From Lytechinus pictus (Eukaryota), in contig NC_087252.1 of the NCBI RefSeq assembly GCF_037042905.1, forward strand, positions 23,934,001 through 23,998,000: DNA of 64,000 bases, written 5' to 3'. Each line of letters begins with the position of its first letter. Position 1 is the stretch's first letter. Below the pieces are notes generated by a model. That model did not search any database. It was not told where the DNA came from and saw only the letters and a list, made by a program, of their open reading frames with translations. This document shows, in pieces, positions 43,401-55,400 of this stretch. A program made the position numbers and the translations under genes.

Positions 43401-46400
43401 ACTAAAAGGTAATACTTACATTCTGTTTCACATAGTTCTCCAGTAAAGTCAAGAGGGCACAAGCAGCTGCCATCCTGACACTCTCCACCATTCAAACATT
43501 CACCAGGACAGCCAGCTGCTCAAGAACAAAAATATATAGAAGAATTTCTCAACTTAATAATTATGTTCTTTCTATGTACTACTAGTGTGGGTCGTGTGGT
43601 CTAGTTGTTAGAGCATTGGACCCATAACCGTAAGGTTGTGAGTTCGAATCCCCCCTCTTACCCAACAGTAATTTCTATATGGTCAGCCACTATGACTGAT
43701 TAATTTAGACATAAAATGATTAACAGGTAATTGGTTATTTACCAGCTTAACATTATACCAGCAAAAAGCTGTACTGCCGAGTTCCTACAGGAGTTACCAT
43801 AACAGTACCAGAAGTTAGATTTACTAACAGTTTTAAGATGACACTTGAAGTTAACTGCATTGAATTTGAATTGAAACATTAAAATATACAATATCTATTT
43901 GCAGTTTTGATCTTAATTTCCATGCATTAGAGAAACACATGGATGTGATGTAGAAGCATGTATTGCAGCTCATAGTTTGTATGATGCATAACAAGTTCCC
44001 CAAGACAAAATACAACTACTAATAATTCTTCAAAAACTGAAGAATTTTATCTACTTTGATTTCAGCATACTTTTCCAAATTACACAGTCACTTTGCATGA
44101 TTACCTATTGCGACTTTCGCCTGCATCATCAACTGAAACTTCTCAGGCAAAAGTTTGGACAGATAATAAATTTCAAGATTTTGTATCTGTTTTCACACAG
44201 TTGTCATAACTTTTTTTGTACAAAAAGAAAAAAATACATATATACATCAATTTTGTCAAAAAATGAATTAAAACATTAGTTGGGAAGTTTGAATAGGGTC
44301 AGTCTCATAATGACGAACCAAGTTTATTGGGGTTTTCCCCTACTCATAATGATAATGATCAGCTTTTATATAAAAGTTCATGAAAATAATAGACAATAGA
44401 TTAAGAAGACATTTTAGTTAACCTGTTGACTACTGGCCCCGGTTGGTCCCTGTAGGAAGCCCAAGGGAATAACAGAATTTGGTAGTTAATGGGGTAATGC
44501 TAAGTTATATCAAATAAAGATGAATGAATCAGCAACTCACTGCTCTCTGGAGGAGGCCTCGGGTCTGGTCTTATACAGTCTGTATCAGGTAGGCTGGCAC
44601 AGAGTTCCAGCATGTTCCTCGTCACGGTCATGCCGTAGACCGTCAACATCCGGCTCGCAAATGGGTGGCAGTGATTCTGTGCAATCTCGCAAACGTCGGC
44701 ACACATGACGTTAGCAGCATCGCAGGGTTGGTAGAACAAGTAGCAGAGAGCAAAGGTCGCATTGGCAGAGCATTCTGGGAAACAATATTGGACAAAATCT
44801 CTTAAATATGTCTTCAAGATGTATTAAAAATATTTCTAAATGTACATGAGAGAAATTCAAGATATATTCAAACTTAAGTCAAAATCTACTTTTAAAAATC
44901 AAAGTCTGAGGGGTTTTTTCTGTGATTCTCACAAATTTCAAAGGGAAAATAATCACTAATCGCATTAAAATTATCAGCAATGCTATGGAGGTGCAAACAA
45001 TTTTTTTTTTCATGCAAAATTGGCAACATTTCAAACTTCGATTTCAGATTTCTTAAACTGGCTGAACTTCCAGTACATAACCTTATAAAGAAAATAGCAT
45101 CAATGAAAATAAAAATTGCAGTGTTGCCAATTTGAGGATTAAAAAGGATGATAAAAATAAAGCTTCAAAGAATTCCAAATCTCAAATCGAATTTTCTGAA
45201 GCTTTATTTTTATCATCTTTCAATCCTCAAATTGGTAGTATATTCAGATAACAGGGCCTCAAGACACAGAACTTAGTGCTTGATCAATGGGCTGAATTTT
45301 ATACTTGATTGCATTGACCATAATGTGCAACCAAGCGTATAAATGACCTGCAGTTCAATCAATCACTAAATTTTGTGTTACAGGCTCAGGGCCCCATCTT
45401 ACAAAGAGTTGCAATCGATTTGATCAACCACAACTATGGACGGCCAGCAACGTCAACATCTAAAACGCAAATTTGTTCAAAATATTTTCTAGATATGATG
45501 TATATTCAATGACATTCATCATTCCCTTGAAGATTCAGTGGGATTCTCTTTGTATACTAAGGATTTTGAGCTTATTTCCAGTGGAAAAAATATGGTATGG
45601 ATGGATTTCCATACAGTTGAGATTGATCGGATCAATTGTAACTCTTTGTAAGATAGGGCCTTGTGCAATCAATCGCTAAATTTTGTGATACAGGCCCAAT
45701 TCTTACCATCAAAATACAGAGTGAGTGATGAGATGATCAGGTGAGCAATCTCGGCATCCCTGGCGAATGTGTTGGGAAACGAGGCGTACCGATACGGTAG
45801 AATATTACATATATCTGACTGTATCAACGTACACGAGTTCGAACTGGGCGTGGCAGGTGGCGGGGTGACGGTGGGCGGGGCTGTCGTGATGACCAAGAGG
45901 GGCAAAGTGGCCCCCGTCAGAGGTGCAATGGTAGACGCTGTGGACGGCAAAACATATTTTCAGTATATCAGAAAAGTTCCATATGTGTTTAATGTTGTAT
46001 TATACACGATATCATAGATGGGTGCTTGAGAAAACATTATTTTTTCACAATCATGAAAATTCATCTGCTAATATGGGTTCTTCATTCCAAAAGAAAAAAC
46101 AATACTGCATTTCTTCTTATTTTAACCCCCCCCCCCGACAAATACAATTAATGATTTTCATTCATTATAATTATAACAATGTTTCTCTATTCTTGTTGAC
46201 AGCATATCTAGTTATCATGTAATGTCTCTACACATTTCAAAATGACTTTGGATATTATTATCCTGGCTTTGGCTCTTAAAAGCAAAGTACTATGATATGC
46301 CAATTACTGAAATACGAATCTGAGTTTGAAAGGTTAATTTGAAGGAGGGATCATTACAAACTATCTAAGAACATAGAATTCATTGACAGTAACAGAGTTC

Positions 46401-49400
46401 TTCAAATATATGGTGCCAATACTAGTACTCCAGTGAAGAATAACAAATAACACACACATTTCAGATTTTTTTTCAGTACAGTAGTAACCTAGAAAGATAT
46501 GACAAAATCTTAATTGCTTTTTACACATGCAAAAATTTCCTTAACCCCATACTATAGGTGGGGTTAATTTGCCATTTACCCCAAGCTATAGTTCGGGTTA
46601 AGCTTAGCCCACTTTCTTTTTACACAGCATTTTCGCAAATTGGGCTAACTCCACCTAATAGTACAGGATTATTTTGCCCTGTAAAACAGCAGGTTTAGCC
46701 GAGCAATTGTGGTACTAAGAGTGATAGTCCATGTTAGCCACACTTACCTCCATTTGTGATTTCCAGACTAACGTTGACTTGGTTGATTATGCCTCCAAAC
46801 TGGCAAGTATATATCCCTTGGAAACCTGGACCCATGCTTGGGATAGTGAGTCTTACGCCTTGGCCATAGAGTTCCTCTACGAACACAGAGTATCCAGATC
46901 CTAGATCACCTCGTACTTCAAAGACAGAAATTAAGATCTAGGAAATGATTCAGTATTGAGGAACACAGCTGTTCCTATGGTTTAAATTAAACTCTTTGGC
47001 ACGTATTCTGAACTCGGGTTTAAATTAAACCCTGGTTGTAAAACTATGGAGAGCCAATTGGGGCACAAATCCCTTACAGTACACATTCAATTTATCAACT
47101 CATATGGCACCCATGTTCGTAACTGTCTGGGCCGGAATGATAACTGAAGTATTTTTCTGTTATGAAAGCAAAATGAAACAAAAGAGTAAACATAAGAAAT
47201 ATACAATATAAACAGAATTTTTGAATTTTTGGCTCCCCATAATTTTAGCACAGAGTTAGAACGTGGTCTAAGTTAAACCTGACTTCAGAATACCAGCCTT
47301 TTTGTTCCTTGTTCCACAAATTGGCAACAATTTTTTTTCAAAGTCAGTGACACCTTTGAAATGAGCATATTTTGATATAATACAAGTAAAAAGAACAAAA
47401 TTTGCAATGTTTTTTTAAAAGATTGCCAATTGTCAAAACATTGATTTCATGTTATTCATAATGTTGCCAATTTAGTGTATTTCTATCAAATTTAATTTCA
47501 TATCACTGAATGTAAATTGAATTAACTGAACTGTATATGAATTATTCTAATTGTATTCAATGAATTGAAATGAATGAAATTGATCTTAATTAACTTCAAA
47601 GTAATAAGACTTAATTAATCTTAATTAGATTTAATATAATTGAAATGAACAGAACAGATCTGAACTGATATAAAATGAATTGTATTGATTTTTATTGGAT
47701 TGAATGGAATTTCATTGAAAGGAGCTAGTCTGACTAGATCCAAATAATAAACCTGAATTCATCAAACTAACCTTAACTTCATTCCATTCAATTCCATTTA
47801 CCTTAATTGAACTGAATTTGATTGAACTTAATTTCCTTTAATCAGAATGGTCTAAGACTTACCTAATGATATTGCAGGAACCACTGTCCCATCAGGGCCA
47901 TACCAGATTGGTGAAGCGGATGGGTTAGCATCATAGATACAGGTGAAAGACACAGTGTTGTCCCTCTCTATCACAGTCTGGCCAGGAATGATGATTACTA
48001 CGTTAGTGAGAGAGCGAGAGAGAAAAAGGGAATATTATAAAGCCCTGAGTATTTAGTAACACAGAAAACAAAACTAAATCACAGACTTCAGAGAATTTCA
48101 CTGGAACCATAAATTTTCAGGCCAGAAAAATTGAAATATGCATAAGAAATATGAAAAATCATAGCAAAGCCAATAAACAAATCCTCAGTAGAGATTCTAA
48201 TGACCTTACCTGTAAGCAGTATTTAGCAAGTTTTAGTCAAGTTTTATCTGCATAGTGTAGTACATGTATACATGTATAATGAAAACTCATATTTTTCACC
48301 CATTAAAAAATGTTTTTTTCATATATTTTGTATGTCATCGAAGAACAAGGACTTTCATGTTTAGGATACTAAAGAACGCAGATTTTTGAATTTTAGAAAA
48401 CAAAGAATCTTGATTGGTTAAAATGGGAGATAATCTCTAGAAAACATCTGATGGCATTAATAGTTCACAAAAATTAGTAGAAAGGGATGATTTTCATTTA
48501 ACATTTGTGTATGAATCATTTCCAAACGTTTATTTTATCACATTTCCAACTGAAATTGGTGGACAACTAGTCAGGAAAGATAACAATAATGATAGGATAC
48601 AGAAAGACTATTGCCCAAAGGGTCGTTGTAGACTGTTTGCATTGCTACATGTACTTACAAGACACTTCACAGGAGGGTCCACCGAATCCTTGAGCACATT
48701 CACAGATCCTGTTCACGCATGTTCCTCCATTGCTACAGGGTGTGAAACATGCTAAGAACAACAAAAACAGGTCAAGAGGATTAGCATAAAACAAGTTTGA
48801 GTATATAGCCTACAGTCAGACCGCAGGTCCCTATGCTAATGAGCAAAAAGGCCAGATTCATCCAAATCGTCTCGTGGCTGAATCCTCCTTCTTGCAAAAT
48901 CTCGTGATTCGTGAGATTTTCTTTCTCTAAAAATTTACCTGTTTTAACCTCAAGTTAAATGAAATATTATTGCACCATCAGATAGAGTAAATGTTACTCT
49001 TTCATATTGGTCATTTATTTTGTATACAATATTTTGTTAAATAAGTAAATTTCTGGCCTGAAAATGTGCCTCAAAACTGAATTTTCTTCCTCTGTTTTAT
49101 TTTGCAAATTGTGCAAAACTTTTTATTTTGAGCCTCAATGATATCTATATCACCATAAAGCTGAACTTCTGTACTTTCTCACAATGCCACTCTTGATATG
49201 CGGCACCTTTTAATCGGGTCAAGATCACACTTTTCCCACCAAGGTACAAGACGAGATTTCTGAAATTTTGTACTTGCATGAAATCCAGAGTTCTGATTGG
49301 CTGGATAAGGTTCACTGAACAACAGGCGCGTGGTATTTGAGGAGATTACCACATGGGAAGTGTGACCTTCCCATGAACCCAGGCACTGGAACCGTTGGAA

Positions 49401-52400
49401 TTGGCCATTGTGTGGTCTCTTTGACCAATCAGAGTGCAGTATTCTTGTTTTCAAGCTGCTTTATGTACTTGGCAAATGAAAAGTGTGATCTTGACCCGAT
49501 TAAACCAATTCTTATTTTGAAACCTATATCATTTTAAAGCATACATATTCAGCTTTATCATGATCTAAAAATAATTTGGGCTCAAACAAAAATAAGGTGT
49601 GAAAATAGCAGCTTTTGTCAGGTGAAAATAATTATTTTGTAGCATATTTTAGATCAAAATTTTAACCTATATTACAAAATCTTTGAATAAATTCAAACAC
49701 ATGACCTGAAAGAATGATTCTTCTTCTTTACAATGATACCAAATTCATGAAATTCGATGCACAATTAGACCAGCAATGACCGAATGAAAAGAGGCGTTTT
49801 GGTCCGCATCAAGCTCATTAAATATGCAAAACATCTCAAGTCATGAATATCACTTGGATGAAAGAAGCCACTTTATTGGGACCTGCCGTCTGACTGCCTA
49901 TCATCACAATGCACTTAAAAGAGTCAAAGGGAATAACATAAAACAGGAATTAGAATGTAGCCTGTCATCACATGCACTTACATGTAAGAGTCATATGTGT
50001 GCTCTCAATTTTGGACTAACAAGCACCAAGGTATCAAAAGAGGCAGGAAACATAATTGCAAATCCTTGTGCACTAAAATAACATTTGCATAGTTCAAGGA
50101 TGAGACTACCCAAAGAAAATTTTGGTGGGCACACATTTTGCTTGTGTTAGTAATGATGTTCTAATTCAATTCTGTAGCCTTTTACTTGCCTGCAATTCTT
50201 GAAAAGTTGTTGGGTTTATAACCATTGTTTTTCTTCAGATTTAAATTCATATTGCAGACTTGAGTTATAAAGCAGATAATGCACAGACTTTGGTTTGTGG
50301 TGTTGTAGGCAATTAAAAACATTGTGCCAAAAAACATTTGATGCCTCTTTCAACATTTAAATACTCTCAGATAGCCTGCGTCACCTGCTCACACACTCTC
50401 TCTCTATCTCTCTTTTTATTCTCTGTGCCTTATGTCTCAAAAAACATTGACAAAATAATTGAAATTAACAAAAAAAAATTCTTTTGTGGCACATCTTTTT
50501 GTGACTTACTTTCAAATTCGCATCTGATGCCTTCATACCCTTGCTGACATACGCAACGTCCTTGGTAGCATACACCCTCATTCAGGCAGGATGGGAAGCA
50601 GACTGTTTAAGAAAACAAATCAAATTTTATTTTATCAATCTACATCTTGTATAAATCTTGTGTTTGTAATATTGTATTAAAGCCATATTCAACATTAAAA
50701 TTACTATCATCAGCAGCATCATCATCTCACCATAAACATCATTATCTCAAAACCTCCAAAATCAAGAAGATCATCATCATCCTTATTACCATTGTAATCA
50801 TCACTAACATCATCCATCATATCAATCATCACCATAACAATCATCACCTACATCATCAATATCAACATCATCATTATTAACAATATTACCATGAACATCA
50901 TCACCATCATTGTCACCACCATTACCAACATCACCATCATTGACATCATCATCATCATAACTAGTATCACCAACATCATCATTACATCATCAATATAATC
51001 ATTATCATCACCATCATCTTCATCTTAATCACCACCAACAAAATACTATAAACTTGCATAGTAAATATTTCTCCACCAAGTTTTATATACCAGTGTCTCG
51101 ATGTGTCACATCCCTTTATACATACTTGGTATTTCACAGGCGAAGCCCACGTATCCATCCGGACAGACACAGAGCCCATTGATGCAACTTCCTCCGTTCA
51201 AGCAATCCTGGATACAGCTCATCTCTGGCTCTGCATGGTAGATATTAATCACATGCCAGAGATTCGTAACACAAAGTTGTAATTGTTGCTTTGAGACAAG
51301 TTGTCTTCATAAATGATAACATGATATACATGTATATGTTCTTTTGGGAAATATTAACTTTGTTTCATGCTGTAATACAAAACCACTCAATAACAAACAT
51401 CAGGTACCGTTTATTGATAACACAACTGAAAGTTGGTTTGACTTCATACCTGTATCATTACTGGAAGAAAAGTATGTACTTGCTGCTATAAGTATTACAG
51501 ATAAAATGCTAAGAAATATTTTACCCCCTATATTACATTTCATTTAATCACTTGTTAATTTTCTTTAAATATTTCAAATAATTAACCATATTAAAGCCAC
51601 AATTTAAACTAATTTTAACCATAGTTTAGTTTGTCCTACTTGCGTGAATTTGGGACACCAACAATCACTTAATCAACCCAAATAGAAGGATATCCAAACT
51701 TAAGAGCCTATATAAATTTGGAAATAAAGAGAAATTCTTACCTCCCATCTCACAGTAGTCGCCATGGTAACCATCAGGGCAAACGCACTGTCCAAAGATA
51801 CAGGTACCACCACTAGCACATGGTATCAAACATTCTAAGGAATGTAACAATAAAAAATATTTGATATCAATTTGCAAGCTACTAAACCATGATTTGTTTT
51901 AAAATAGTGTATAAATTGTTCTGTAGGCAAAACACTGGCATGTCCTCAGTTTTAATCAGGCTTGCCAAGCTGTTTATGAATTCATTATCACATTATTACA
52001 CATTATTATGTGTAATGCATTAAACTAAGAAGCAGAAAGACTTACTTGTCTAGTTATTTAATAATCTAATTATCTGATAACCTAATTCAATTATTCATTC
52101 ATTTCCTCAATTAGTTAAAAAACTATTTAGTTATTTTAATATATACTTCTTTAAGTATTTATTTATTCATATTTGTTTTTTGATTGAATATTTTGTTGAT
52201 AGATTGACTGACTGATTGATCAATTGATCCCTTGATTGAACTGACATAAACTTAAATTCACTTTACAAAACAGGGCCCTATGTTACAAAGAGTTGTGATA
52301 GATCTGATCAGCAAGCAACATCAACATCTAAAATGCATGTTTGTTCAAAATAATTTCTACATATGATGTATATTTATTCATCCATCATTTTCTTGAAAAT

Positions 52401-55400
52401 TCAGTGTGCTTCTTTTTGTTTACAAAGCACATTTTCCTAACTTCCGGTTGGAAAAAATTTTGACATTGAAGGATTTCCATATAGTTGAGACTGATCGGAT
52501 CAATCGCAACTCTCTGTAAGACGGGGCCCTGAACTTAACTGAATTGAATTGCATTGAATATACTTACGACCCACCAATCCACCAACCGGGACCTCGCAAC
52601 GCTCTCCTCTAAAGTTTGCTGAACACAAGCATTTCCCATTGAAGCATGTCCCACCATTCAAGCACTCTGGCCAACATTCAAGAGCTGTGACGAAGAATGA
52701 AAATGTTTAAACATCTATACAAAGACCACTAAGAAGTATCAATGTGCACAGGATTTCAATTGACAATTTTTCTCATAACAATATAAACTTTATTCAATGA
52801 CAACACAATCAAAGCTGTTAACTCTAACATTCCCAAGACCTTCTGTTTGTCCCAGGATTACAAAAGCATAGATTTTTTTTTTCTTTTTACATTTGGATAT
52901 TTACTACAGATTATGAAGCAAGATCAACATTAGCACAGGATAATATATATATAAATATATAGTGAAAGAAATGAAAATGCGAGAATAATAGATGCGGAGC
53001 TTCACTCAAGGTCCCTCAGAGCTGTCATCCATTCTGAAAAAATGCCTCAGCTGGGTTCGAATGGCTCTGAACGCCAATGCCTTAACCACAAGACCACAAA
53101 GGCGGGCCAGTAGTAAGGCGAGACCGAGTTCAATTAACCAGCAGAAAAATTTCCAACCATTCAACTGATTCATTATATAATGTCTCTTGATATATATATA
53201 TACAAATTAATTGAATTGAATAGAAATTAACTGAAAATAAGATCAATACTAGCATTCCATTGAAGAACGAACTTAAAAATTGTTTATTGTAGAGTTAAAC
53301 CAAAGTTTACTTATCGAAATACTCCCATTAATGCATGGCATGACTTACTCAAGAGAATGGAAGCAACCTCTCCGCCTACGCTGCAGTTGTAGTTGCCTGA
53401 GAGTTGTGGCTGGAAGTTAATCAGGGTCAGTCTGGATGCTGTGGCTGACAGTACCTCCACTGACGGGCCTTGCTGGGCCATGGACCCTATGTTCACTGTA
53501 TGAGAGAAAAACATGAGAATTTCAGATTGAAGAAGACATCTTTTACAGATTTATAACTGTTTGTTAATGTTTACGGTACAAACCATTGTTTGTCCAATGT
53601 ATAGTATATAATCTTCCTTGGCACCAAGAGAGTTCATGACATCACTAAATGCTTAAGAATGACTTATGATGTTATATATCCCATTATGGCTCATAGCCAA
53701 TCCCAATCAACATTTCCATGGTAGTTTGAAGTTACCACAATGGCAAAATTAATGTAATAGTAAGTCTTAATGATACAGGCAATGTGACAGAATGTATTTC
53801 ATCAATCTGTGTAGATGGCATTATAATCAGCAATGTCGAAACCACTCAGGCTTGGCCCACTTATCAACTTGTCTATTATAGATAGTCTGTCCAATAAAAA
53901 AAAAACCAGCAGAGACCATCCAACCACTTCAACCGTACACCCATCACCATCCCTCCCACTCCTCATCATTAACATCAAACTCAATATTATCATCTGCAAT
54001 GTCAAAACCATGCAGGCCACACCCACTTACCAACTTGTCTATTGAAGATGGTCTGTCCGCTAGGGAGGACCCAGGTGATCTCCGGAAGGCCAGCAGTGGG
54101 TGACCACCCAACCACCTCGCAGATCACCGTCACCATCCCTCCAACAGTAGGGGACTGGTCCGAAGGAATAGTCAGTCTCACGTAATACTCCTCCCCAACT
54201 TGAATCAAAATTACAGACAATAGATTGATTGCAGTACATGTATAAAATGCATTTACACACATGACAGGAATTTTTATTATGATAAAAAGATGTTCTCTTT
54301 TGTGACTTGGAATACGAATGGTGAATTATTCAATTCCCATTTAATTTGCATAGGTACCATAAGAAACACAAATGATGGTAATGTTATTTCAATAGGTACA
54401 TTTTTATTACCATAGGTATGTACTATACATGTATAAGAGCTACCTAACAGAATATTGTGTTGTTATAAATTGTAATCACGGAAGCCCTGACCCAACATAG
54501 TATTTCGGAGCTTGGAAAACTCATAAGGCCTTTATCCCCCCTTCCGATCTCAGCTGTCGATTTTCTGAATACAATCGATCATGGTTTGTTCATAATGAAT
54601 AATCAAATTAATTTATTACTCTTAACAAGAATAGTTCTTTTTTTTACTTTTTAGTATATTATTTCATAGAAAGAAATTCATCAAATTCTGTTATTCCATG
54701 TTTGATTTATATGAAACACTTGGGCAAATGATTAAAGGAAACCAAAACCCAAGAAGAGAAGCAATCCTATAAGAAAGAGTAAAATGAGAGGAACAATTTA
54801 AAACAAGTTTCATCAAAATCGGTTATGAAATAGGCAAGATATTGACGTTTAAAAAATCTTGCTGTACTTTCTATGGGATCCTCAAATTTGTGGACAACCC
54901 TCTATTTGTTTTGTACACAATTTTTCAGATTTTCCCCTTTATTTTTGACCTTGACATATGTGTTGTGAATTATATTTTCCCATGACATATGTTATGCCCA
55001 GAATGAGGCAATATGCAAATTTAAAGATAATAGGGAAAATCTGAAAATTTGCGTACAAAACAAATGGAGGGTTGTCCACAAAATCAGCCCCTTGTGAAGC
55101 ATGTTTGCCAATTTGAGGATCCCCATAGCAAGTACAACAAGAATTTTTAAATGTCCATAACTTGCTTATTTCACAACCAATTTAGATGAAACTTGTTTTA
55201 AATTGTTCCTCTTGTTTTACTCTTTTCAATAAGATTGCTTCTCATCTCGGGTTTTGGTTTCCTTTAAATAGAATGCCACATTACCTGATATTTGACACAT
55301 GGTTCCCACAAAGCCATATTGACAGATGCATTTGTAGTTGATGCAGTACCCACCATTGGCACAGGCAGGACAACGATCCACTGTAATAAAGGGGATATAT

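Noticed and set aside
43585..43660. tRNA-like sequence (also at 8134, 18570, 23630, 31930)
   Set aside because: A and B boxes are present but I could not fold a proper acceptor stem, and the other copies continue into SINE bodies and tails.
44775..44817. Longer FZ exon start suggested by the ORF track ([12 protein letters not shown])
   Set aside because: The AG at 44812-44813 is phase 0 and incompatible with the phase-1 donor at 45706; the tttcccag acceptor restores exactly 10 Cys.
46410..46440. tagtactccagtgaa resembling the exon 49 echoes
   Set aside because: Only ~15 bp match with no flanking similarity; likely chance.
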